This document shows, piece by piece, positions 47,470-61,860 of a stretch of 64,000 nt of DNA. The notes under the pieces were generated by a model. It was not told the DNA's origin. It did not search any database and saw only the letters and a program-made list of their open reading frames with translations. Position 1 is the stretch's first letter; the number at the start of each line of letters is the position of its first letter. This DNA comes from Schmidtea nova. Lineage: Eukaryota. Location: assembly GCA_044892505.1 (NCBI GenBank), contig CM097882.1, positions 495,876,001 to 495,940,000 of the forward strand, given 5' to 3'. The translations under genes were made by a program, and so were the position numbers.

Positions 47470-49155
47470 CAGGGTCGTTTCCCTTACGCCTAGGGCCTAC
47501 GAACAAAATTAAATTAAATTTTTTGTTTTTTTATCAATTTGTTGTAATGTTGTTGATTGATTAAAAATAAAAAATAAACAAGAAATCAAAATTATTCTCT
47601 ATTAGTTAAGTTGGGTTGCTCGACAGTCTACACAGTAAACTAAATTATATGAACTTTGCGGCTCTTCGCATGAGCGAAATCCCAAATAACATCTTCAAAT
47701 GACATTTCCCTCATAAAATCGTGCAAGAGAAGAAGTGCAAGAGAAGACAATCTTTCTTGTCCCATCGTTGAACGCAGATAGTTTTTGATTAGTTTCAGTT
47801 TTGAAAATGATCGTTCACCTTCACAACTTGATCCAAAATTGAAAGATAAATTCGATAAGCAATATTTACATTTGGAAAACTTGTGACCAACTTGTTTTCT
47901 ATTTAGGCTTTCATCATTTCCGAAACAGAGTTTATGTCGGCGAAAATTCGGGAAAACAAAAGAAATTCATCAGCGAATGCCTCTTCCATATCTGATGAAT
48001 AGATCTTAATTAATTCATTTGCTTTAGAAACTATTTCATCACATGACAAAGATCTGTCAAGAAGAAACTGAACCTAAAATGTAATGCTGCGTATGCTGCT
48101 CGCCGTTTTTCATCTCAATTATAAGTCTGTCTATGATCACGTAGAAAGACTGGATACGGAAATGTTCACTAGCACTCAAATTTAAACTGGCATCATCAAT
48201 GTTATCATCATCCTTAACTTCATGAAATCTTTTTCGTTTGCGTTTTTGTACATTCTTTGTAATCGGATTTTGTAAGATCTTTTGTCATACTTTCAAACAC
48301 TTCAAATTTATTACGTGTATCACGAAAGTGTTCTGTCTTGTTTTTATCTTGTTTCCAAATTGTCTACCCTTCAATAGGAAATCACTTTCTAAACTCTGCG
48401 AAGGGATATTCTCTGAATAATAGCTATAAGATCTGCATTTACTTCCAATTCCGCTAGATCACTGACTCTTCATTCATTGTTGTTCCTCGTTTTGAAATCT
48501 TTGCTGCTTGATAGTTCTGGATCTGGATCATCCAATTGTAGCTTTTTATCTTTAGCCTGTTATATCTGTTCTGGTTTTTCATTAATAACATCTGCATCAC
48601 ATTGTTTGGTAGTCTTGCTCGAGGATATTTCTGGTATTGAGACATTGGTCGCGACAATTGTGTCATTATTAAGGTTATCATCAATATTTAGATATTTTAG
48701 CAAGGAACCCTTCATCTGTTTTAATGCTTCCTCTTTCACTTGTTTTTTCTTTCGTTTTTCAGATCCATACTCGTGTTTTCTTTTGTATCCATCAAACATG
48801 ATTTCAACTATTTATAATTACTAATTGGTAAAATATTAAAAAATTCTAAATCATTTTTATTTTATCTAGACGAAATATTTGTAAAATGGAAAGTAAATAA
48901 AATGTTACAAAAAATTAATTGAGATTAAAAATATCAAAATCTGGGTGCATTCATAAATTCTTTTTCAAAACAATAGTCAAAACAATCTCGTCAAAAATGC
49001 TGTAAACGTTTTTACAATTTATATTAGTCATTACTTAATAATTAGTACAGAATTAAATTTAATCAATTTGAGGCCTACAAGGCTACAAATGCTGCAATGC
49101 AGATATCCAAATTCTAAAAGTGTCTAGGGCCTACGACGACCTTAAAACGGACTTG
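47470..49155 (-). mobile_element. Internally deleted hAT (ZMYM/TTF-finger-associated type)
   Basis: Ends CAGGGTCGTTT / AAAACGGACTTG; 8-bp TSD CCCTTACG / CCCTTATG; TAGGGCCTACG subterminal motif at both ends. N-terminal KRKHEYGSEKRKKK and C-terminal FPNVNIAYRIYLSI..SSCEGERSFSKLKLIKNYLRSTMGQERLSSLALL; catalytic core missing. Confidence 0.9.
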
Positions 49156-52100
49156 CCCTTATGGTAAAAAAAAATCCGTCTTGGAATTAAATTAACATTT
49201 TAAAACAATAAAATATAATTTGAAATTAAATCTGAAATTATAAATTACATTGTAAATTATATTTCAAAAATATACTTAAATTAAACTTGTGCAAATATAT
49301 CGTATGTGTATTTGAAATTAATTTTCATGCGTTTAACAAGCTCCATGACACTTAACCATGAGACAGATAGTCATACGACATATAACAATGACAATTAGTC
49401 ACAGCAACAGATAATCATAGAAAAGATAATTAAGCGAATCGATAATACAACTAAAGTATGAATGATTTTTTAAAAAAAATTAATTAGATTTAAAAATGTT
49501 TATTCAAATAACAGTGTTGCAATTACTAAGATTCAGAGATTGTTGTTGTTGCTGTTATTATTATTTTTATTATGAGCTCCTTGAAAACCTGTTTTAGCGT
49601 ACCTGATCTGTAATTTTTTGTTTTACCTAGTTTGATTCAATTTAACTTCCACACATTTTAGAGTCAAATTAAACAAAATACGAGTTTTCATTCTAATAAT
49701 AACAATATCACTGCGATTAGTATAGATTATTATTATTTTTATTATTAATTATGCACAAATAGATCCATATATTGAGACAAAATAATTGTGATTAAATATC
49801 GTGTGGTTATTTGTCGCATGATTAACTGTCAGGACACTGTTTTAAATATTCCAGCGAATATTCTGAAACATGACTGGCACAATAATTTTTAAAATATTTC
49901 ATTTCGAAAAGTTAACTATAATATGTACATGAAATTGAATTAATTAAATTACGAATAATGATTGACATTCATTTGTCACCCCTAACCGAAAAAGAATGAA
50001 ATATAGAATCTGTTGTCAAAATCTTGTAATTATAATCATAGTTTATGTTTAATTTGTGTTTTACTTACATTGTTGTATTGCATTATTTATTTTGATATAA
50101 GAATAATCTTGCCCCTGTGCCTATTAAAATAAGTACGTTTAAATGGATTTCACCAGTCCTTTTCATTTATATTTGGTCCACAAATAAATAATTTGGATCT
50201 TATTCACAAAATAAGTTCTGGGTCTCACAAATTGAAAATTATGAGAAATAAATAAAATTTATTTGGGTGCACATATTTGGTAATCATCTTACTCTATTAC
50301 CAATTATTTAAAACTGGAACGAAAATAACTTTTCGGTAAGGTTTTATTGATTCGATATTCCGATTAATCAATAGCTAATTTCACATTTAATATAAGATCG
50401 TTATCGGTGCATCGACCGTGACAAACTTTTAATTTAATTTTTAGATTCCTATTAAAAATATTGTTAATAAAATTAAATTTTTTAATTCGATTCATATTTC
50501 AGATGTTAAGTACCATATAAATGATTAATATTCTATCTTTGATAGAATTTATTATTTGAAAAGTAAATATTAGAATTACTTTCATTAATAGAGAAAAAAT
50601 TATAAATATGGAAAACTATATAGGTTGTTATGGCTTAGCAGGAAAAAACGCGATTCTGACACATTGAGTAATAGACAATGAATTTTGTTGTTCGCTTGCG
50701 TACTTGTAAATTCCAAAATGACTCATCAAATGTTTAGCCTTTTGTGGACATTTTTCATTTTATGGATGCTTTCTAGATAAATGTTTTCTTAAATTAACAG
50801 CAGCATAAGATTTACTTATTGATACTCCCAGAGAAACTATTACCTTTCATAGCTTTAATTTTTCTTTGTTTTGGTTAGAATCGCTAATTAAAGTATATCT
50901 TAAATTGAATTATTGTAGCAGATACTAATTGTCAAATGATTATTTGTTCCTGATAATTTGAAATTTAATGTTATTAGATTAAAACTTTAATACTAAGATG
51001 TTGTCTGCCTTTAAGTCAAAAACGAATGAAGAATTCACAGAATGTCTAAATCACACCATACTTTATACATTAAATGAAAAAGATGAACCCGTAGCAAATC
51101 GATTAAAATTCATAAATAAATGAGATGAACATCATGTGAGATTGCCTTGTTGTTCTTTCAGTTTTTATCCTCCAATTAATAATTATAAGAAATCTCTCAT
51201 TCCCAGATAGCAAGTTATTGAACAAAATCTCAGACAAATTTCAGTAAATGTTTATGATATTCAGGTAATAAAAATACAGCCGATGAAGACAACCATTTAA
51301 TAGTGAATAATATTCCTCAACATTATTCTTATTCTGAAATTTTGCAATTATTTTTCAGCATTGTTTAAAATAAAAAATATTTAAATTACATCGCAATTTT
51401 TTATTCAATAAATGTACAATTCAATTTTGAAAGATGCCCCATTGAAAAAAAAAGAAATATGCATGAAACATAAACTATTTTGACTTAGTTTGCGATAAAT
51501 ATAAGTGACCAACTCTAAATGTTTTATAGCTCTATGATAATCTTTATTTGAATTTGATAGCTACAACTATCGACTCTGTATGTTCTTATGAGACCCAAAC
51601 AAAAAAAATTATTTTCGCCAAATTATTGCACAATGTATTCATTAATTTGATCACATACAATCTCACAAAATTATCTTAGTCCAAAACAAATTTCATGAAT
51701 TTTCTTCAAAATGTACAGATTTAAATTTAATCTAACTTGAAAACTTGTATGATTCTGTTAACACTTCGATCAAAATGGCAATTTCCACTCTAAATCAATT
51801 AGTTTATATATAATTGTTTCCCATAAATCATTACCTTGAATTTCTTCTTTCGTGTTTCAAGAAACCCATTTAATTTCGCAACGTACTTCTCTTTAATTTT
51901 GAGGCAGCCTTGATTTTGATATTGTCGAAATTGACTATTCTATGATCTTAATTAATTAATTTTTATTATTAAAACATCTCTTATATATCCTGCCATTTAA
52001 TTTTAAATTTTCACTTTGAATTTATATTTTAAATTGTCATTTGTTTCCAGCTTTACCACTTAAAATATGTTGATTTTTTTTGCCTGGAATTCAATTAATT

Positions 52101-52943
52101 AATTTTTGATTAATTTAAGATACTTCTTTTGTACCCTTTTAATTTTTAATTAATTTACATTATTTCTAATTAATTTTTCCCCAACATTACTTTATATTAA
52201 AAGTTTGATGCAAAATATTTATTTATAATCAAGAAAAATGAAATNNNNNNNNNNNNNNNNNNNNNNNNNNNNNNNNNNNNNNNNNNNNNNNNNNNNNNNN
52301 NNNNNNNNNNNNNNNNNNNNNNNNNNNNNNNNNNNNNNNNNNNNNNNNNNNNNNNNNNNNNNNNNNNNNNNNNNNNNNNNNNNNNNNNNNNNNNNNNATT
52401 AAAATAAGATAAACTGTTTTTCTATGAAAAAATTCTTTTGAATGTGCCTTGCTATTATTGATAAAACCAAGATATAACGAGGGCTGTTATTACATTACAA
52501 CAATCGACGTGACTTCATTTTCCATACGACATGACTAAACACTGGATCAATTATTGCACAATGTTTGTTAAATCACTACAATTTTAAAGTAAATTTCAAT
52601 GCTTTTCACTACTGTATTGAATATATTAGGTTTTTAATTAACAGTCCTTCTATTTCATTAATCATTTTGTCAAAATATAATTTCCAGAAAATATTTTGTT
52701 GACCTGTCCGTTTTTCTTTAATTAATTAATTAACGATTTTGTCTTTTTTGTCTTTTTATTCTTAATTCATTTTCTCAATTAAAATAGGAAATTATTGATT
52801 GAATTTCTGGTATTTTGTATTCAAACTATTAAGCAATACTTCAAAATAATAAATAAGATTGGATTCAATGTGAATTCTATCATTGTCATTACTATTACAG
52901 CACGTTAATATATTCAGAAAATCAACAAATAAATAATGCAATT

Positions 52944-53629
52944 TGTTGTGTTATTTATAATTAATTCGGTGAAACCAGTAATAATTATAATTATAGCTTG
53001 ACTGTGTGTGTGTATTTAAATAGTCACAGTTATCATATAAATCTTACTTTGCCTAGTTTGATATAAGACAGGTAACCCTATGGAACACAGTCTTCTTTTA
53101 TTATGAATTTGATTCAGTGCAAATAATCAAAACTTTTCTCTTTTAATCTGCTGAGAATTTTCACTAAATTTTTAAAGTTGAACTATTCTTTTCTGACGAT
53201 AGATTGATCCACATTGATCCTCTTCCCACTTGACTTTGCTTCGAACAGCGGTCTCAGTGACGCGATAAAGGTACAATTTGTGTTTTTGTGAGATATCACT
53301 ATTGGTGTCTTGAGTTGGTAATTAAAAGGGCAAAACCTACTATATTAGCAATGAAAAAAAATTCCAACACAGAAACATTTATTAAAAATCTCCAAACTCA
53401 CAAAATTTCAATTTTTAAACCTATTGCTGAAAAAACTGAGCAAAAAACTGATCAAGATCTAAAGCTAAAATTCTAATTCAATAACGAAAAACACTAACCC
53501 ATAGAACGGCAAAGACCAGCAAAACCAAAATTCCAACAGCCAATCAAAATCTTTTTTCAATCCCCCCACAAATATTTCTTGAGTTTTACACACACTTATT
53601 CACCGAATTAAACACAAATAAAACAATCA
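52944..53629. repeat. Repeat with subterminal inverted repeat (solo LTR or MITE)
   Basis: TAATTCGGTGAA at 52962-52973 and TTCACCGAATTA at 53599-53610; TG...CA ends. Confidence 0.5.
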
Positions 53630-53759
53630 TAAGAAACTATATCCTTAGAAACTATATACATATACATATTTCAATATTATCCTTGAAAAATAACTGAATT
53701 ATATTTTAAATTCATATCCGTTATCCAAATTCACCAATTAAAATTGTATGTCCTGAAAA

Positions 53760-55190
53760 TTGTTTAGCATAGAATTTGACTTGGTGGATGAAAGTGATGT
53801 TTCAAACGAAACTATATTACCAATTATAACAAAAATTCGTTCCCCCATGAAAAATGATGTTCTTCAACATCCCGTGAAAATGAATTTGGGAAAGAAATAT
53901 GTTTTATTTTGGATAGTAGGACAAGATGGAACAACCTATTATATATGGTTAAACGCTTCTATCAATTAAAATCAGTTGCCAGAAAGAGTCTTATTGATTT
54001 AAATATTGAAATTTCTTTTTCGGAAAATGAAATTGACTTTATTAACTCGATAATATCTACGTTGTTACCTGTAAAATTGGCTGTAGAAGCCTTAAGTGTA
54101 TCAGATTGTACATTATTGAATGCCGATGTCACCATAAAATTCATGTTTGATCAATTGTCTGCGCAAAGTAGTACTCTAAGCAGAGAATTAAAATATGAAT
54201 TAATTTTACGGGTATAAGAGTGTCGCACAAGTTTTTCATATATTATCCAGTTTTTGCATAATCCGCTTGAATTTAGGAATATTCATCTAGAGCAGAGATC
54301 CTTAAACTTTATTCATTCACGACCCCATTTATGATGACGAGTTTTTTGGCGACCCCATATAAATATAAAAAAAGATATAAAAATTGTATGATAATTTATT
54401 GATTATGCAACAATATACATACATATGAAAAAATATAGTTTTAGAATTTGTTTAAAAACATACAAAAATAGAAAATTAAAAATTTCACAAAAAGTTATAA
54501 AACTGTATTTATTATAGTTACAAAAATTATATGCCCTGTTTTTCATCAAAATTTCATTTTTTGCAATAACATAAATAAATATTTTATCAAAAATACTCAT
54601 CTAGATTTTATAAATTCATGTTTTTAAATATTTTACACTAAAATCTCGCGACCCTATTTGGGGCCGCGACCCATAGTTTAAGAAGCCCTGATCTAGAGGA
54701 TAATTACAATTTAATTAAATTTAATAAACCTAAAATTACAAAAATTATTGTGTCTCTTATAAAACGCTTAAACGTTATAAATGACAGTGAATGGAATAAT
54801 GAATCCAATGAATCAGTCATAATGACTCTGTCATCTGATGGTCGTGTATTTGAAGTCGTTGAACCAACACCATTATCCATGAAATGCAAGTTGCGATTGA
54901 CTATGAAACAAAAAATTGACTTAGAATTAAATAAAATTCCCGCGCTCTAATAACAAAAAACATCGCAACTTTAACAAAACTGGTTAAAAAGAAATCGCTT
55001 TGTTTGAAGAGGAAAAAAGCCGTGGTAAATATTTACCGCTGGCGTTCAACCATCTTTCATCAATAAAACCAACAACTGTTGAATCCGAGCGATTTTTTCT
55101 AGTTCTGACACTTTTGTATAACTTTGCCGAACACCCAACTCCCGTTTGTTATTCTATGAATTTTTTACGAAGTAGGGCGCATTATTTTTA
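53760..55190 (+). pseudogene. hAT transposase remnant related to 18080-20032
   Basis: DSRTRWNNL...RKSLIDLNIEISFSENEI...LLPVKLAVEALS...RGKYL..AF..L.SIKPTTVESERFF aligns motif by motif with the 18-20 kb transposase. Confidence 0.88.
54293..54690. mobile_element. Charlie/Buster-type hAT MITE
   Basis: TIR CAG(A/G)G..(C/T)CTTAAACT; perfect 8-bp TSD ATCTAGAG; CGACCC subterminal repeats. Confidence 0.9.
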
Positions 55191-55716
55191 GTAGCCCATG
55201 GGCACCGATTATCTTAAGACGACCCTGTTAATCCTTGTGTTAGTTAATTCACGATTTCGGATCCATTCCAGTCTCCATGAAATAAGTATTCAGAAATTCT
55301 ATTTGTTGTTTGCAATTTCTCAGAAGTTGCGCTTCAGTCAGCTAACTTTTGACTAGATTTGAGCTGTTGTCCGGATTTCTTATCGATCAAGATTCGTGGA
55401 GGGGTAATTGCAAAGTTCAGATTTGAAAGCCGTCTTAGGTTTACTTAGGTCCGAATCAATAATGCCAACTCTTTGTCGGTATTTTAAGAGATTTAATTTT
55501 ACGGGTCGAAATCCTCTCAACAATTCGGTTTTGATACTATCAGTTTATTATAGCTTCCCATATAAGGACTTCGCGTGAGATAACGGAATTAAAGTCGTCA
55601 CCAGTTCTTCCTGGTGTTACTCTTAATACAACTGCCTCCCGAGTATCTTGAGCATCGCGTATCTTGGCGTATTTACAAATTGAGATTATTTTTTTGATTT
55701 ATAATAATCTAGAGCA

Positions 55717-56755
55717 GACATGGCCAACATACGGCTCGCGAATAATTTTTCAATATTAGCATTTAACTTCTAGCAATTAGTCAAATGGATTTTCGATACT
55801 TTTTTATTTTTTAAAAAGATTCCGTTAAAGAATGAAAATTCATATACACGTTTGTACTCGATATGAACAGTTTGATGTTCAAACGACGTTGCCAGCATAC
55901 GATTAGACTGGAACGAATGATCTGTCTCACTCGCACTAAAAATAAATGACCATCCGAGTTCACTTCACTCCGAAGGCAAGTTTTGTGCGTGCACACAGTT
56001 CAGTCCACTGATGTGAAACCCACACTCTTTTAGGCGGAGCTTGTTGTGCAGCACCTAATATCAAGTGATAAGTTATTTTTGTGGTCGATTGTGATTCAGT
56101 ACATCAAGTTTGAAACGAAATAATTGCTTGTTTTGCGATATAACACACTCAACCTCTTTCATTTATATGTAATATTGTTTCAATTAGTTACGATACAGTT
56201 TGAGTATCAAAGCAGTATGTAATTTCATTTTGTTTTTAATAATATTTTATATTAAGAAACTTTTTCACTCCAGGAATGGCTTTCAAAAAACGAAAATATA
56301 TTTTTAAAACCGTATATTTAACGAAGAATGGAATTGGAAATATTTTTTACGATGTACAATAATAAGGCTGTTTGTCTTATATGTAACTCGATTGTGGTGT
56401 TTCCTAAAAAATACAACTTGAGAAGACATTTTGAAACCAAAAATGCAAAAATACAAAATTGAAGCGAAGAAAGACGAAAAAATGACCCTCTAGTAAAATG
56501 TATTTTCACAGCAAAATCTCTTACAAGAATCTGTCACTGAAACAAGCTGTTTAGTAGCAAAGCATATTGCTCAATGTAAAAAATTTTTTACTGAAAGATA
56601 ATTTGTAAAAATAGTGCATGTTGGATATATGTGATATAATGTGTCCAGAAGTTAAAAATAAATTTGAAAATATAAGCCTGTCTCAGCAAACTATTGCTAG
56701 GAAAATAGAATATTTAAATGTTAATATAAATAATCAGTTATTGAATAATTTTTTT
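55717..56755 (+). pseudogene. 5' end of a SPIN/GTF2IRD2-like hAT
   Basis: End CTAGAG|CAGACATGGCCAAC; MAFKKRK...RIFNEEWNW.YFFTMYNNKAVCLICNSIVVFPKKYNLRRHFETK...FENISLSQQTIARKI. Confidence 0.82.
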
Positions 56756-56772
56756 ATATAATAGCTCTAGAC

Positions 56773-58015
56773 CATGGGTTCTCAACCTTTTTTTGTCCAC
56801 CGCCAACTTTGAGAATATTTTTTCTAGAGATCCACCATCTGTCGCGAATCTGAAACACCTATTGCCACAATTATATTTAAATGTGTAATTACACTGTAAT
56901 ATTATATAGTCATAAGATAAGATATGACTCCTATTCTATTTCTGAGTTTAAAGAAGAATGTTTCAATGAGAACAATTAAATTGCATAATAAATTATATTG
57001 AGAAGTAACATTTAAAATACATTGAATATATAAGTTATCTAATGAAAAAGTTGAATTTTGTGCATTTTAAGGAGTTTGTTAATATCAGGCTCGATTTAAC
57101 TTAAAACAACCATAAGTTCAGTAACATGTAGCCGATTTCTCTTTTTAGTTACCGAAGTTGATACAGCACTCAATCCACGTTCAGCTAAATAGGATAATGG
57201 GGATGCTATCCGAAATCGTTGAACAATCGACCATAATCCTTTGTACAATTGCGAAATCGGCTTCTGCAGCCAAAATTCTTGGTAGTCATTCTTAAATTTA
57301 ATTTTTAATTCCTCATTTGTCATAAGTTCTGTTAGTTCTTCTAACAAGGATGATCATGTTGTGTTGACATTTGAAAAAGGATCCAAAAGCCAGTCTGGTG
57401 TGCCTTTGTTTAAAATACCCTGTAATCGTTTCTTGAAATCATTGTGGAGGTTTTCCAAGTGTTGACAGTAAACAAGCCAGTCGTCATTCTTGAATGATAC
57501 TGCTGATAACCTTTGGAAGTTATTGAATTCCCGTCTACCGATATTTCTTTTGTATAATAGCAGTTTGGATACAAAAGCAACAACGCTATTTTTGTCTTAA
57601 TTATGTTTAAGTCGTCGCCTTGAAGTTGGAAATTGACATCATTAAACACTTTATACAGGCCTATCAAGTACACAATATCGTTCTTTGATGATATGAGGTT
57701 GTCGCGCAATTATGTGTTTTTGTTTACTAGGAACTCTATCACACACCCAAACAGATTGTGAAATCGAGTCAAACAAGTACCCTTTGACAGCCAGCGCACC
57801 TCTGTGTGAAGCATCAATTGGTTGATATCTTCATCATTGGCAATGCAAAGCTAACTTAATAATATGTCATTAACTGCATTTAATTGTGTTTAAGTCTAAG
57901 GATGATATATTGTTCGACTAGAAAATGAATGACACCGAAATCAATTATTTTAAACACATGGAATAGCCCTTATCTTTTACGAAGGTCTCTTCTTCATGAT
58001 ACCAGTGTCATCCTT
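56773..58015 (-). pseudogene. Buster/ZBED8-like hAT 3' part
   Basis: End CATGGGTTCTCAACCT after CTCTAGAC; LHTEVRWLSKG, FNDVNFQLQGDDLNIIKTK, EFWLQKPISQLY.GLW, SYLAERGLSAV..TKKRNRL. Confidence 0.85.
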
Positions 58016-58029
58016 TCATTGTAGATCCA

Positions 58030-60480
58030 ATTAAGGCTCGTCAAGAACTACTTGTAACGCTGTGTCTTTGAGTATTTCGTTCACACTCGTAGTGAATATG
58101 TTGCAAAATAATCTTAAAGCTATCATTAGATTTGGGAACAGAGCTTTAAACTTCATTTCCTTCATTTTATTTATTAAGTTTTTTGGATAAAGATGTGCAA
58201 TTTCAAAATGCAATGATTCATTTGATATCTTATTTTCTATATCTTGATCATAAAAACTTTAAAATTTTTTTTTGCTTTGTATGTTATCTTATTACTATCT
58301 AATTCATTAAATTTCAAATAAAGAATTAATTTTTCTAACTGTTTCGAATATTATTGTTATATCATTAATTATATTATCCAAGACCACACTGAAAACATTT
58401 ATTTTACAAAATTCTTCGTCATTTATATTCCCTTTTCCTCGTCTGCTGTGGAAATGTGGTACAATACCTAATTTATCGGCAAGAATTTTACTTTCTTATA
58501 AAATTATACACCAGTCATCTTTGATATCTTGTAAATTATCTAAAGGAATCTGAGATTTTTAACTTCCAAATCAATTGTTATTTCTCTTCCTTGTAAAACT
58601 GCATTAACATAATTTATTATAATTAGGTTTTGAAGGATTTAGGATACATTTTTATTCCATTTAAATCAGTTTTAATTTCAGCAATATTATTTGTAAATGG
58701 TTTAACACTATTAATTTGAGCAACCAGTTGTTGATAAAGAATTTAATTAACCTACGTATTTTTATGATTTCCCATCTTTGTGGACTGATACTGAGTATAT
58801 TAAATAATTTTTGTAGAACTCCAAAAATGTTATGACTTCAGGGTAGCACTCCGATGCATAAGCACCACAAAAATTTAAGCTGTGACATGTACAAGGAGAA
58901 AACAGCGGTAAAACATTTATTTGTAAAAGTCGTGCTGGCTTGCCTCTATGTGGTCGTTTTATATTATACCCATTATCGTAACCTTGCCCAAGACAATTTG
59001 GTATTGGAATTTTGCGTTTTCCTATAGTAGTAATTCTCAATCTTATTTTGATTGCGGCACACAAAATCAATCTTAAAATTTTCGAGGAACACCTGGAAAG
59101 ATTTAACAATTTTTATGACATAAAAGTTGTATACTTATTAAAAAAATTTTAAAGAAAAGTTTGTACCTGCTTTTGAGAGCAAATCAAATTTTAGTGAGGT
59201 TCCAATGTCGATAAACAAGCACACATATCAAAGTCTATCCGATGAAGTTTCTCTCGAGTTGGAAACGTTTAAAAATGATATCGAATAAAATTTTTTTTTA
59301 AAAATCCGTTAAAATCTTTTAGGTGAATTTTAAAATTTCCTCAAAACTAGTAATTTTAAATATTTTCTAAACTTTTCGCGGCACATCAGTGAAAGTCTAA
59401 TGATACACAGGTTGAGAATCACTGTTTTAGAGTTTGTAAATTAATTCAGCAATATATTTTCTAGATTTCTTGTTACAGTCAACAAATTCCATAAATCTTT
59501 CTACTTTAAATTTATTTTCATTTATAATATCGTAAAATAAATGTTGTTTGTTCTAAATGTACAAAGTCTAGGGTAATATTTACAATTATAGAGAAATATT
59601 TTGCCACTTCTCTTTATTTTAAAATAGTGCCTAAAACATGTTCTGTACATCATTAAAGGAATTCATTTTGAATTCTAGTAGATAAATAATGCGTTCGCAA
59701 TTTTTTTCCATTTTGCGACTTGTTTCACTTCCATAGATATTCTGATAATTATGACATAAAAGCTCTAAGATTCTTAAAAGTTTTCCATTTTGTGAATCAC
59801 ATATTAAAAGACTACTTCTTCTAAAAAATACTCCACGTTCAGAAAGAAAAAAAGTTACATCAATGACGTTTTCCATGTTTGTATCTCATTCTATAATTTT
59901 TTGCATTAAGAATGAATCTACAGTTGTATTTTTATTGATATTATTTTCTAAAGTTCTCAATTTCACATAATACTTTCGATGACCATTATTGTTTTCTTTC
60001 TCAAGAATATAAAGTAAATATAAAGATTCCAATATTATTGTAAAGTAATCGACAAGGAAAATTAAATAGAGCTTCCTTTCTTTTGCTCCATTTAAGCCAG
60101 TTTCGAGGTACCATTTTTTTATTTTGTAAACGTCACTTTAAAATATAAGTCGGGAATGGGTTATCGTCCTTATCACTTGGCAACATTTTTGGAACATGTT
60201 CTGGGCCAAGTTAAACTACTTATTTTATTTCATTATTATTGCAATTTAATTTTATTGTATCAACATCAAAATTAAACAATTGATCGGAAATATTTTCTGA
60301 AATTAAAGGCAAAGTTTTGTTTTCAGAAGTAAGTTTTTGTTGAATTATTTCTTGCTCGGAAATATTTTTAATCATAAAACTTTCTGTAGTAATTGGTTCT
60401 TCGATATGTCTTGAAGTTAATAAATTTGTATTATTTTTTGATGATCCAGGTTGCGAAATCTGTTTTGGCTTGTGGTGATT
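58030..60480 (-). pseudogene. TTF-zinc-finger-type hAT transposase remnant
   Basis: RNWLKWS....ALF.FPCRL (TTF finger); IDVTFFLSERG..FR.SS..I.D..NGK.L.ILELL; GQGYDNG; SPCTCHSLN; LFPNLMIALRLF. Interrupted by a small hAT end at 59150-59424. Confidence 0.8.
59150..59424 (+). mobile_element. hAT (Buster-like) terminal fragment
   Basis: CGCGGCACA...AGGTTGAGAATCACTG end followed by TTTTAGAG. Confidence 0.6.
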
Positions 60481-60649
60481 GGTTAATTGTCCTTGAAGTT
60501 TCGGTGGTAATGTCCTCCTGCCTCAGTTCCCCCAGATAGCCGTTGATATAAGGAAAGCATTCTATGTGCTTATTTAATACCCAAATTTTCCGACTATAGT
60601 AATTTTCGAAAATCCTTACTCAGTGTACCAATACAATTTAAGAACGTTA

Positions 60650-61860
60650 ATGCCCTTTATATATAACATGGGAAGGTTATTACACCGGAGATGTGACGTC
60701 ATTTATAATTCTAGTTTCCTGTCATAAGTTTTCAGTTAATGCAAAAATTTATCCTTTCCCTGGCGCTGAAATTAGACTTTGTGTTCAGGCAATGCAATCA
60801 TTTCCTCTCTACTAATGGATGACATCCTTCAACTCATGGTCAAGGCAAAACTAACTTTCTCTCCCGACAAGTAACTTCAGTCTCCGTGGTTTCCGGGAGG
60901 AAAATGTGTTTAATTTTGTACTTTACGGTTGAAGTTTCCGTCGCTCAATCATCGGCCTCGACAAGTGCGGAAATGTACGTTTACCGGTGCACTTAATTAC
61001 TCCACTCTCCCATATATAATTCGATAGTTAACTGTCTCTGGTATGATAGATAATTTTTTGAACTGCAATCGCTAATGCAAATTCCAACTCGTCGGAGTTT
61101 GTGAGTGGAATTTTAGCCATGTTTCCGTTAATTTTACTGGGAAATTCTTCTGAATACCTATTTCTTATAAATGATTACTTATAACTGTTTAATATCATAT
61201 ATTTTCTACTGATTGAGTTCTCACACTTTACTGTTGTTTAATGTTGAACATTTTTGGGTTGTTGTGTAGGAAGACTGTTGCGTTACTCAGATAATTGGGC
61301 ATTTTATTTACCGGGAAAATTTTATTTTTCCCACACTTATTTACTGTCTTTATTTCGTTCAAGGTTTGGGAAATTCTCTACTGTCACCGGCTAAGCAATT
61401 TCTCGTCAGTTCATCTGTTGTACTATCGTAGCTTAGTATTATGTAATCTAGTACTCGTGATTTACGTGAACTTTGGCATGTTATAGTGGATTCTCAATTT
61501 ATTTATGTGCCATTTAGTATCACCTTGCTTTCCTCGTCCGGAGTTGACTGGATTTTTGTGTCGACGAAATTTAATTACCTTGTTGTTGATTCTGATTTTA
61601 GACTATTCTTACCTAATATCACATAATTGTACACTGTTCAGGGTTACGTATTTTATGCCGATGTTTTCGCCATAATGTTTGTACTGCTGCCATCTCCTTA
61701 ATTAACTGTGACATGGAATTAGGAAACTAAATCTTAGTATCATTATCGAACGATTGTTCCAACCATCCATTCCACATCCGAGTGCGAAATTAATAGTCGG
61801 TCTACCGAATATCGGCGACCGATTAGGTTGTATCCGATCTTATCACAATTCGAAACTTGA
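60650..61860 (-). mobile_element. Decayed internal region of an LTR-type element starting with the conserved leader hairpin
   Basis: The leader at 61795-61840 is homologous to 16565-16610. The downstream sequence is GC-richer with broken frames; no domain recognised. Confidence 0.45.

Noticed and set aside
50560-51500. Possible decayed host exons (e.g. MLSAFKSKTNEEFTECLNHTILY...)
   Set aside because: Frames are short and interrupted and no motif is recognisable; cannot be supported without homology searches.
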